A stretch of 64,000 bases of DNA, from assembly GCA_045837725.1 (NCBI GenBank), contig JBEWZL010000232.1, positions 496,001 through 560,000 of the forward strand, in the 5' to 3' direction. The DNA is from Vermamoeba vermiformis (lineage: Eukaryota). Position numbers and translations under genes: made by a program. Positions 38,501 to 50,675 of the stretch are shown piece after piece (position 1 is the stretch's first letter; the number at the start of each line of letters is the position of its first letter). The notes below the pieces were generated by a model. The model was not told the origin of the DNA. It saw only the letters and a program-made list of their open reading frames with translations, and ran no database searches.

Positions 38501-40456
38501 CGAAGGGCCAGGCGAACTTGCGCCAGTTCATTGAGTCTGTCTTCGAAACAAGAGCAAGACGAGAGAAAGAGTCAATCGTCGATGGGGCAGAAGACAAATT
38601 CACACTGATGAGTGAGATGCCAGGAGTGTTGGAGTACAAGATTCCATCGCGCTATGCTGACACGATGAGTGACTTCTTCGAGGACATCGAGGCACGACGA
38701 AAAGAATTTGGAATTCACGATATCCAGCTCAATTTAACTACCCTTGAAGACGTACGTAGCATTGGGTCTTTGTGTCGGGAAGTCCAATAACGTGGTATAT
38801 TGTTAGGTCTTCTTGCGTGTAGCACATCAAGAAGAGTTCAAAGAGAAGCCACCCAAGTGGAGAAAGAACACATTCAAGGCTCACTTTGCACTGCTAGGCT
38901 TGGCTGCTGCACTCATGCTAGCCGCAGCAGTTGTATTGAGCATAGTGTTGAGGCCACCTCCACTCTTTATTACTGAATCGGTAAGCTTAATTAAGCTGGC
39001 CATTGATCGTATTGCTAACTCACTTAGGCCCCTAACCGTGGCACGGAACCAAGTCCGTTCATCCCCGTTGGTGCGTGGAGCTCTTCGCTCTATCCTTCTG
39101 GTGTTCTCGTTGGCGATGTCTATCACGACTCAGCAATCATATCAATACAAACTGCAGCTTTATCGCACATTGTTGTTCTCAAAGGTGATGGTGATGCAAA
39201 CACATGGAGTGTTGTACAAACATGGAACGACACAACACCAACACCATTCTTCAATGTGATTCAAATGACGATTGGCAATCTGACAGAAGACACACCTTAC
39301 ACAGTTGTTGCATTCTCATCGAACGACACAATGTCACACAGTGGTGCAACGAGGTTCAGAACGTCACTTGATCCTTGTAAGTTCAAGCATTGTGATGTTA
39401 AGTACTTTAATACTGATAACAACGCAGCACGAGGAGTTGAGAACAATCCTCGCAAGATCACATTTGGTGCCACATGTTGTTTGGGTCGCACAAATGCACC
39501 ATTCGAGTCACTCAACTTTGCTGCACAAGAACAGTTCGATTTCTTCTTGCTTCTTGGCAATTCAGCCTATTGCGACGGAGCAGCAAATCCTCAACAGTTC
39601 CAAGACCGCTGGAACACCACAATGACCACTGAAGGCTTCTTGAACTTGGCTCGCTCAACAAGCTTCATTTCGACGTGGGACGATCAAGAAGTATTTGAAC
39701 AGTGGAATTACGCTATCTACGACCCTAGCGTCAGCAAAAACTTACCACCGCAACTCCTCGCTAGTATGCCCTCGTTAGTCCAACTCGCAAAGCAATCTTA
39801 CCGCAACGCACTGCCTCAACGCAAAGGACCCAACGACTCGATCTACAGATCAGTGCAATGGGGTGACGTGATCGAATTGTTCGTTCTCGATGTTCGCACA
39901 AACAGAACGAATGAGACAATGATCTCACAAGATCAAATGGACTGGTTGAAACAAGGACTGTCAGATAGCTCATCAGTGTTCAAGATTGTCATGACTGCGA
40001 ATGCTTTTACAAGCCTTAACCGTGTCTTGACTTCACGAACCGCTCCATTCAGGTAAGATCCGAGAGCAAAATTTTACACAAAAATACTAAATCGAGTTTA
40101 GATGGGACGGCTACGAGCGTCAGCGAACAGAAATCCTTGAACACGTTTACAACAACAACATCACGGGTGTTCTTTGGATCGCTGGTGGATTGCAGTTCGG
40201 AATGCTGTCACGAATCGGCACAAACGACACCATTGGTTGGAACTATCACGAAGTTGGTGTTGGTCCTTCAGGCAGTCAAATCAACACTGTTTTGCGATTG
40301 AACCCATTCGTATCCATCGACACACATCAATACGAGTTTGTTTTCGACACTTGGACTTACACCAAGTTCGAAGCAGATCCACTCAGTCGCAACATGACCA
40401 TCTCTTTTGTGGATGACTCTGGCATCACGATTGATTCCAAGGTACTATCTTTGTAA
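35545..40456 (+). CDS. ABCA-type half transporter fused to a TM helix and a degenerate PhoD-like domain (copy 1)
   Basis: LLMKKNF N-terminus; [49 protein letters not shown]; then in-frame TM and PhoD-like FGATCC, LLGNSAY, TWDDQE, FVLDVR, WDGY. Confidence 0.87.
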
Positions 40457-40722
40457 CATAATATGATATGCAAATACAGCGCGATACATCAAACCCAACC
40501 GGTTGACACGTGTCATTTTTGGTGGATGTGATCTGAGTGTGATAGGACAAGTATTCCTATTAAGGAAATGCTCGATAATAAGTATCGCGAGCTATTGACC
40601 CAAAAATCCTATTTTCGTAATTATTATACTCACGGAGCGGAACGATTACGCACCGCTGCCAGGTCGGAGAATCTAAATTTCCAGTGCCCAATTAGTTTAA
40701 ATTTAATAACGACACGAACACA

Positions 40723-43700
40723 ATGGCCAAGCACAACGCATGTGCCGCCGTGTTTAGGGACCGGGCTCGGCAGTCCTCGTTGCTGTTGAAGAAGAACTTG
40801 ATTTTAATGGTAATGGTTTACAACGGCTAGTGAATAAATAATTTTAATATATAACAGTAATAGTGGGATAGATAATAATTTACATCTATGGTAACTGACG
40901 AATTATTCTGACTAATTTCGAAAATTTGACAGATTCGAAACAAAAAGGCAACAATTGTTCAAATTTTGGTCCCAATTGGTTTTGTTCTCATTGTAAGTAT
41001 TTCATTAATCGTTTTTTGAGATTGATAATCACTGGTATATAATTTTACAAACGGGATCTGATTTTTAATCCTTCCAGTTGTTTTTGTTGCAATTTGCAAA
41101 CCAAGAAAACGATAGAAGATCTGTTGATAGACGACTTAGTAAGTACCAACTAGTTTATAATATCACGGAGCCGCTGCGCGAAATAAATCATCAAAAAAGC
41201 GGATCTATTTCGAACTGAATATTAATATTAATTTTATTTGCAATACAGCTCGCTACTCAACAGATGCACCTGTACTTCCCATCCCCCGCTGCCAGAAATT
41301 TCCTGATAAGGATGTTTGTTACACGATCGGTTATACTCCGTCGCGCGACAAGAATGTGCAACTGCTTATGAAACAAGTACGTCATATTAGACTATCATAG
41401 TATCTATTCATTATGTTATATCGACTTATGATGTTATTTGGACTAACGTATTGCGCAGATCCAATCCGACAATGAAATACCGGATGAAGAAATTATGCCG
41501 TTCATTAGCGAGTCTCAAGCAAACATATTCTTACTAAATAATCCAAATATGACGACTGCTGGTTAGTACACGATCATAATACGGGTTTTCTTAATGTTTC
41601 TGACCTAATTATTTAAGTCTATCATGTCACTCTTGATTATGGTTGCGATAGTATCTCATCCGCTTATGAACGAGAAATTTGCTTTGGACAAGAGTAAGGC
41701 TTATTTATGCTATCATAGGGCATAGTCACTTTATCTAATACTAAGGAAGGCATGATTTGGACGAGATCCGAGGCATGAGCTACGTGGTCCAATACAACAC
41801 CTCGTTTGCCAGTTATAAGGGCTCTGTTATCGATCCTTTACCTGCAGTCGCATTGCCTTTCATTTACGCGCTGGATCGCGCTGTTTGTAAGTCTTCAGTG
41901 GTAGATTTTTTGACTCAAAGTTAACGTGTCACGCAGTCTGGATCTTTGGACGAGTTGATTATGACGTTGTTTTGTTGCCGTTCCCTCACCCTGCTTTAGC
42001 AACATCAGACGTCATCGGCTCCGTTGGCCCGTATTTCTTTTTTGGCGCGTTGATGTTTAACTTCGTAATTCAGATCGGCCAGATCGTTACTGAAAATCAA
42101 TTCAAGCTGCGAGAAAGTATGAAAGTCATGGGCCTGAGAGTAAGTAAAATCCAAAAAGTGTTATTTTTCGATCGGAATACGAATTTTCTGTGTAATTACC
42201 CGTTTCATTATTTACCGCCGTAACTAATGTTATTCCGAATGCAGGACTTCTCGTTCTGGTTTACTTGGCTCGTAACAAATATTATTATGAACACGATCTC
42301 CGTAATCGTACTGATCTGTGCCGGCTTACTCTTCCAGTTTCCGTTTTTCCTTAAAAACGCCTTCGAACTTTACTTCATCCACTTCTTTTTATTCGGCTTG
42401 GCAATGGTCCCTGCAGCGTTATTTGTTTCTACCTTGATTCGTTCAGCTTCTACTGCCAGTAAGTTAAAAAACGTTTAAAATGAACTAGGCTAATTTAAAC
42501 GTATTTTTCAGCGTCACTTGGCTTCGTCATTTTCTTGATTGGTACAATGATTCAAGTAGCAGCACTGTTGATTTACAACGAAGATGTCAATCTCGGCTGG
42601 CGTGTGTTCTTCTCGTTGTTCTTCCCCTTCGCTGTGTTTGCCAAAGGTCTCGGCGACTTGGGCAAATACGCTGCTGATGACAAAGACGGTAAGTCACAGC
42701 AGAAATAACTAATCTTCTTTTGACCATCAATTGTAGGTCTTCGTTGGGAGGACAGAGATAACTACGGTTTCTTCCCTCTTTCCGAACAATGGAACTGGTA
42801 CGGCGTTAACATTGGCTTGTACATCGTCTTGACTTGGTTCTTTGACGCCATCATTTACTTGAAACTCAAGCCGTGGTTCATGTTCACGCGATCATATTGG
42901 GTTGGAGCTAAGAAAAGAACCGTTAAAAGCGTAAGTTGATCCAGATCCACACATTCTACGCACTTCATTAATACTCGAAATCAGACGAGCGTTGAAGACG
43001 ATAACGAGATTGGTCTTCTTGAGGACATGAAAGACGTTGATGTCAAAGAAGAAGAAGAGATGATCAAGGCTGGTCAAATCAGCGACAACACTGCGGTCGT
43101 GCTGAAGAAGCTCGTTAAGACTTACCAAAAGAAGCAATGTGGTTGTTGCGCGACTGCTGGTGGAGTGTTCCGAGCAGTGAAAGGCACCTACTTGACAATG
43201 TAAGTTTGTCTTGGGCCATATTAGTCCTGTATGATTCGTCTCATTCGTGCCGAGTACTGACGGTGTATCAGTGACGAAGGCAACCTGTTGGTGCTGTTGG
43301 GCCACAACGGAGCAGGAAAGACAACAACTATCGGCATGCTGACAGGTCTGCTGTCACCAACATCAGGCGATGCACTGATCTTTGGCAACTCGATCATCAC
43401 AGACATGGACGAGATTCGCAAAGTGATGGGAGTGTGTCCACAATATGACATCTTGTGGCCTCAAATGACGGGTCGTGAACACTTGGAACTCTTTGCGGCT
43501 CTCAAGGAAGTCAGCGGCAAGCAGTTGGAAAGCGAAGTTATTGAGCGTTTGAGCGACGTTGATCTGTTGAAGGCTCAAAACATTCCATCAGGCAGCTATT
43601 CTGGTGGTATGAAGCGTCGTCTCTCCGTCGCAATTGCCTTAATTGGTAATCCGAAGATCGTTTTCTTGGACGAACCGACGACTGGAATGGATCCTGTTTC

Positions 43701-45987
43701 AAGGTAAGTCCTTCCCAACATGACACGTGTCAAAGTGTCAAAAGATACTCACCGTTGTTTTATTTCCAGACGAAAGGTGTGGAACTTGATCGAACGAGTG
43801 AAAAGAGGACGCGTCACACTTCTGACCACTCACTCGATGGAAGAAGCAGACATTCTTGGCGACAAGATTGCCATCATGAAAGATGGGTACATGGCTGCAG
43901 TTGGCACGAACTTGCGACTGAAGAACAAGTTCGGCACAGGATACTCAGTCACCATTCTTTCTGACCCTGAGAAAGGACTTGAGGTGCGCCAATTCGTCGA
44001 ATCTGTCTTCAACAGCCGAGCAGCTGACGAGGCTAAGGCTCGCAAGGAGTCAATTGTTGATGGACCTGTTGTCGAGGAGGAACAATTCACACTGATGAGT
44101 GAGATGCCAGGAGTGTTGGAGTACAAGATTCCATCGCGCTATGCTGACACGATGAGTGACTTCTTCGAGGACATTGAGGCACGACGAAAAGAATTCGGAA
44201 TTCACGACGTGCAACTCAGCTTGACTACACTTGAAGACGTACGTAATAACTTCGTACCCGAACAAAATTGTGCTAATTTGGCGTTTTTTAGGTCTTCTTG
44301 CGTGTGGCACATCAAGAAGAGTACAAAGAACGACCGGTCAAGAAGTATAAGAAAGATTTCAAGACTCCATTCGCCTTGCTCGGTGTGGCCATGGCACTGA
44401 TGCTCGCTGCCGCTATCATCTTGTCTGGCGTGCTGATTCCTATTCCGATTCCCATCGTTGAAAACACCGTAAGACTAACACATCAACGAAGCTGACCCGG
44501 CATTCTAATATGATTTTTAATAGGCTCCTGCTCGCTCCGTTGAACCAAGTCCATTCGTTCCTGTTGGCACGTGGAGCTCTTCACTCTATCCTTCTGGTGT
44601 TCTCGTTGGCGATGTCTATCACGACTCAGCAATCATATCGATACAAACAGCAGCGCTATCGAACATTATCATTCTCAAAGGTGATGGTGATGCAAACACT
44701 TGGAGTGTGGTGCAAACATGGAACGATACAACACCAACACCATTCTTCAATGTTATTCAAATGACGATTGGCAATCTGACAGAAGACACACCTTACACAG
44801 TTGTTGCATTCTCATCGAACGACACAATGTCACACAGTGGTGCAACGAGGTTCAGAACGTCACTTGATCCTTGTAAGTTCAAACGTTGGAGTATTAAGCA
44901 ATCTAATACTAACCATTTAACAGCACGCGGAGTTGAGAACAATCCTCGCAAGATCACATTTGGTGCCACATGCTGTTTGGGTCGCACAAATGCACCATTC
45001 GAGTCACTCAACTTTGCTGCACAAGAACAGTTCGACTTCTTCTTATTGGTCGGTAACTCAGCTTATTGCGATGGAGCAGCGAGTCCTCAACAATTCCAAG
45101 ACCGCTGGAACACCACAATGACCACTGAAGGTTTCTTGAACTTGGCTCGCTCAACGAGCTTCATTTCAACATGGGATGATCAGGAAGTATTCGAGCAGTG
45201 GAACTACGTCTTGTATAATCCTGCTATTCGCGCTACATTGCCTCCTGCTGTTCTAGCTGCCATTCCGCAACTCGTACAGCTCGGCGCACTCTCTTATCGC
45301 AATGCACTGCCTCAACGCAAAGGACCCAACGACTCGATCTACAGATCAGTGCAGTGGGGTGAAGTGATTGAATTGTTCGTTCTCGATGTTCGCACAAACA
45401 GAACGAATGAGACAATGATCTCACAAGATCAAATGGACTGGTTGAAACAAGGACTGTCAGATAGTTCATCAGTGTTCAAGATCATCATGACTGCCAACGC
45501 TTTCACTAAGTTGAACAGCGTGTTGACAAAAGGAACTGCTCCATTCAGGTAAGAATCGCCAGTTATACCAAACCCTCGTTAATCTAACCCTAACCCTTAC
45601 CCTGAACTTGACTAACGGACAAACTTTTTTAGATGGGACGGCTATGAAGCCCAACAAACTGAACTGCTAGATCACGTGCACAACAACAACATCACAGGTG
45701 TTCTTTGGATCGCTGGTGGATTGCAGTTCGGAATGTTAGCGCACTTGGACAAGAACAATACTGTTGGCTGGGATTACTACGAAGTTGGTGTTGGTCCTTC
45801 AGGCAGTCAAATCAACACTGTTTTGCGTTTGAACCCATTCGTATCCATCGACACAGATCAATACGAGTTTGTTTTCGACACATGGACTTACACCAAGTTC
45901 GAAGCAGATCCACTCAGTCGCAACATGACCATCTCTTTTGTGGATGACTCTGGCATCACTATTGATTCCAAGACAATTACTTTGTAA
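40723..45987 (+). CDS. ABCA-type half transporter fused to a TM helix and a degenerate PhoD-like domain (copy 2, tandem paralog)
   Basis: Same motifs and largely the same intron positions as copy 1. Confidence 0.87.
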
Positions 45988-46162
45988 TATTTCTTTTGCG
46001 TTTATAAACTATTTATTTCTAATAGTTAGGGAACAATGAATTGCAGCGATAAATTTTATGTGCGATCTCAACTTTACTTTTTTCTCTGAAGGTCAATTAC
46101 AATTCTGGTCACTTATTCTCCATATTATGTACAAATTGAATTTAGGTGTTAAAAAACCGCTT

Positions 46163-49100
46163 TTATTGTGCTCGGAGCGTTTCCAGTACCGGATCGACAA
46201 TCTGGTGCACTTCAGGAGTATCATACGCAGACATCTGTAACGTTTGCTGAAGCGCATCAATCACTCGGAGCTTGAGTTCTGCACCGTTTTCATCTTGAAA
46301 ATAGAATTGAGTCCTAAAAACGCCAATAATTAGATTTTGTGCTATTTGATCGTGAGACGTACTTGAGCAACATATGACAGTACTGAGTGATGCAAATCAA
46401 AGCTTCTTCTTGATCACCATTGGCAGCAGGAGGAAGTGCACTCGTCAATGTTGCAAAATGAGTCTTGATACGTGGGCCAATTATGTCACTTTCTTTGTTT
46501 GTAGTCTGCTCGTAAAGCGACACCAAAAAGAGCACGAGACCACTCATAGCCACTAAACAGGAATGAGTATTGTGCACGTCAGCTAATTATTTCAATTTAC
46601 GCACTTAATGCATTGTCGTAGGCAGCTGGTCCTGAATCTCTTTGGCACTCTTCGCCGATCAACAGGTTCTCAAGGTAGAAAAAGAGGTCTAAAACAAATG
46701 TTAATACCACCTACAATAAAAAAGAATTGCATCGCTTACAATCAATATTGTCATCTTGCGGAAGAAGGTTCGGATATTTTGTGGCCATTACACCTGCCAA
46801 ATACGGTCAGTTATAGTAATCATGATCATATTGAATGCCTCGTGATCATTGAGCGTACCTAAATGATTGGCAAGGCACTGATACATTTCTGTTGTTCGAA
46901 TATCTTTACAGGTCGCAAGTAAGTGCAAGTAATGCACCTAAATAATATTAACAAACGCGTTAGCGCAATGCCGCGGGCAAACTTACTCTGTGGCTCACAG
47001 CCAAAAACTCGTAGCCGAAATGTTCAAAAACAGTGCCAATGAGACTAGCGTCCAACCATCTATATTTATTAAGGCCTTGTTCGAATGCTCCAGCGATCCT
47101 TTGTAGAATTGGATCCGCGAAGTTCCAAAATAGCACTTGGTCCGTTCTTGTTGCACAGACTGCTTCCATTAAACCTATAATCTACATTTCGATTCATAAT
47201 TGTTTTCAAAAGCATGTCGTAAAGAATCGACTTACTTCAGACCCAAAGTCGTGCACTTCGTGAAAGGGTTTTCTGTCAGCTTCAGCTTGGTAGTAATGGA
47301 TCAATAACGCGTTGAAAGTTCCCGCCGTGGAATGCTGCACAAACGGCACGGTCAAGAATGGCTGTGAAGGAGTGCTGACACTACAGAAGTGCTTGAATAT
47401 CTAAATTAAGAAATTAATCGAAATTCTTAGAAAGTAACAGTTCCAAGCGTTTACCTGGGTCAGATTAAAAACATAGGAACATCTAGTCTGCATTAATTCA
47501 GTGTTATTCACGCTCCACAAAAACATGTTGGAGCTGTTCATCCAATACCACATCATTCGTTCAGTCGTGCACCATTCAGGGTCTCCTTTCGCGAATAACT
47601 TTTGAATGTACGCACAGCATGCGTCACTTGCCGCTCGAATATGGGCTGAAACCGAGATATAAGTTGCTATTATTTGACGGAATGGATACTTACCATGGAC
47701 GTTTATATAGGGATTGGTAATAATATGCTGAATTGCAGTACCAATTCCTTCGTGAATGTATAAAAACCTCGTGCGATCAAATTCTCTTATCATCGTTAGA
47801 ATTGCTCCTAATGCAGCGTCTTTTCTGTCGCATGCCGTTTTCAACACAGTCTGAGAGAAATGATTAAGAATAATAATAACACGATTAATTGAGTCATTAC
47901 CAGTTTGCGGAATTGCGGAATTTCTTCGTTATCTTCCATTTGTTCGGCACCTATTAAAGAAGTTCTTAGGCAATGCCATTTCTCTGAGCAGTTTAACCTT
48001 TAGTGTAACTTTTTTCTTCGACTACAGATATTATAGCATTTTCGATGAGCAAAGGAAACACGAACGGAATGTGCTTTGCAAACTTGGGACCGAGTGCAAC
48101 GATATTAAAGTCGGTCATTTTCAACAACAGATCAATGTACGCCTCTCGGTCTCTCTTGCAGTCTTCAACGACTTGATCGTACAGCACTTCAATGTCTGCT
48201 TCAATGCTTGATTTTTGGTCTCCAATACCAGCTCCAATTCTTGTTATGGCTTCGATGACTGACTTGCGATCAGATGCGTCGCCGTTTGCCAACAACTTTT
48301 TGAACTCCGTCATGATACGATCTTTGTGCTGCAAGCATGAAGCGTTAGCATTACGAATGTACAATTAAATGTTACACCCGTACCTCAATGAATGATGTAT
48401 TGCACGCAATGATCAACGAGCTAACTGCGAAGATAGCTTCTTTACGAACAGAAGCATATTCGCAAGTGAAATAACGGTAAAGTACCTCCAATAGGTCCGT
48501 TAGATACGGTACTAACGTATCTTGGTTGTTTAAATATGCACAATATCCTATAATAAAATTGGCGACTTCACGTTGCACGCTAAGACGTTGAGTTAATTAG
48601 AAACAATTAAAGAGAAAAAATGTGCATCACGCACTTGTGATTCTCGTGCTTGGCCATTTCCAACAGAGGCGGAATAATTTCGTTTACAAACTGGGTTTGA
48701 ATAACGTCCTATTGGTAAGTGTTAGGAATCGATGCAAGTTAGGCCCACCAACGCACCGATGTTCTAGACAACACAATGGCGAAGTAATACAATAACGGGA
48801 CTAAATATTCTGCATCTTGTGTGGATTTCCAGTACGGAAGAATGTAACTAAATAAAAATATAAGCAATGCAACGCAATCAATTAGGCATACCTCGCCATA
48901 AATACTTTAGCGTTGTCAAGAAAATATTGTTCGCAACCTTCGGTAATAGTTGATATTACTGACAACATGGTCAGAATTTGCTCTTTTGTTTCTATGTTTG
49001 AACCTAATGCCGCATGGATCGCAGCGAAAAATATCGGTATTCCAGTCTTGTTGGCTAATATGTATATGATTAATAATGTAAGCAATGATCTTAATAATAT

Positions 49101-50416
49101 AAGCTTACTTAACACGTCGCTAATTTGAAGCAATATCTTGTCAAATCTCTCTGTCGGTGAGCTTGACTGCAGGTCTTCTTCTTGGTAGGCCCATTGTTTC
49201 TTACACTGATTAGTATTGATCAAGTACTCAATATTAAAATCGCTTACCAATCCATTTTGCAGCTGCTTAAGTGAACTTAAGATAATCACGGAGATGAATT
49301 GTGTCAAGTGCGTGCTGAAATCAAGAGGTAAAACTACATTGATAATCAAGTCGGCAAAAACAACTGCAATGTTTTCAAGTAACTCCGAAATAATGTCCGT
49401 TGGAAGATCTTTCTCTGCCGCTATTTTTGCGTACTGTTCGGCAAATGCGGCAAGTCTAAGCAGATGTCAGCAAAATTACCAATAATGAATGTTAATTATA
49501 CCTCGGTGGAACTTCAGCTGGGTAGGTTCTTGAAATTGAGGGGAAGCACCCCAAAAATCGTCCCGCTAAGCCAAGATATTTAACACGTGAGATGTTGATC
49601 CGACGCAAAATTGATAATTCCAACTCGAGGAACAAGTACAGCAAGGTATAATCAGGCAGATAATCCCCGTCAAATTCATTCCGATCTCTCAGTGATATTT
49701 TCGTGAGGACAGTGTTGACGCGCTTTTCAAAAGTGAGAAGATCCTCGGCCAAGGGCCAGCCTTTTGCAAATAGATCATCATTAGCTTGGCTTGCTTTCTT
49801 TCCCTTCCTCTCTAAGGATCCTAGTTGCTCTTTATTTTCAGGCACGAGTTGAAAGAACTTGGTGGCGTATTCGTAGAGTGATCTGGTTAATTTGTTAGAA
49901 AAGTGACCATACGACATGCATCCTACAAATACAACTACCGTAGCATATAGCACCTTCTCCAATTGATCCTGTTTTCTTTTGATCCTCCTGTCAAAGCGAA
50001 GTCAGATAAGTATTGCTAATTACGTTGGTCCGAGATCTTACCGACGTCACGAACAGGAATAAGCCAGTTCTTTGCACAATCTGATTCTTTTGGATTTTTG
50101 TCCCATCTTTCGATGCAATACTGCCTCCACAGCTCGTTGTCTCTGCACATCTGTGCCCATTTTTTGCAAACCGTGCTGTACGTTCCTAAATAATTTTAAA
50201 TTAATTAATTAATCGTGTATCAATATTCTTTAAATCATTATTCACGAATTTTGAAGAATTCGCTTCATTTTGAATTTATTGGAATTAATGAATTTAATTT
50301 CTTCATTTGAATTTTTGAATAAAATGCTTACCAAGCACTAACGGATCAAGCGAGCAAAAGAAGCTAAATAGAGCCTCTGTCGGTAAATTACTAAAGGAAA
50401 GCTGTTGTTGCTCCAT
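46163..50416 (-). CDS. F-box protein with C-terminal HEAT/ARM-like repeats (copy A)
   Basis: N-terminal F-box FSNLPTEALFSFFCSLDP..STVCKKWAQMCRDNELWR; HEAT-like ASVRKEAIFAVSSLI and LGPKFAKHIPFVFPLLI. Confidence 0.72.
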
Positions 50417-50675
50417 TTTGCTGCATTTAAAGAAGAAGTTTGTGATTTGATTGAAAAAATCACTTTTCATTTTTTCAGTCCGGTGAAGGGACTGTGTTAT
50501 TATTGACGTCTTGTGGACACGACGGCAGTCTCATTTTCGAAATTGTGCGCCATAAACCAAATTATAACGCTTTTCACGGGTTTTGGCTTGCGTTGTTGCC
50601 TACGTCTAAATTTTATCTAGGGCTGTGACTCGCAGCCTGCGTGATTACTGTAATAAAGTTGTTCGTCTTTATTTT

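Noticed and set aside
45583-45606. Telomere-like ctaaccctaacccttaccctga in an intron
   Set aside because: Only about three degenerate units, and it overlaps branch-point-like CTAAC sequence.
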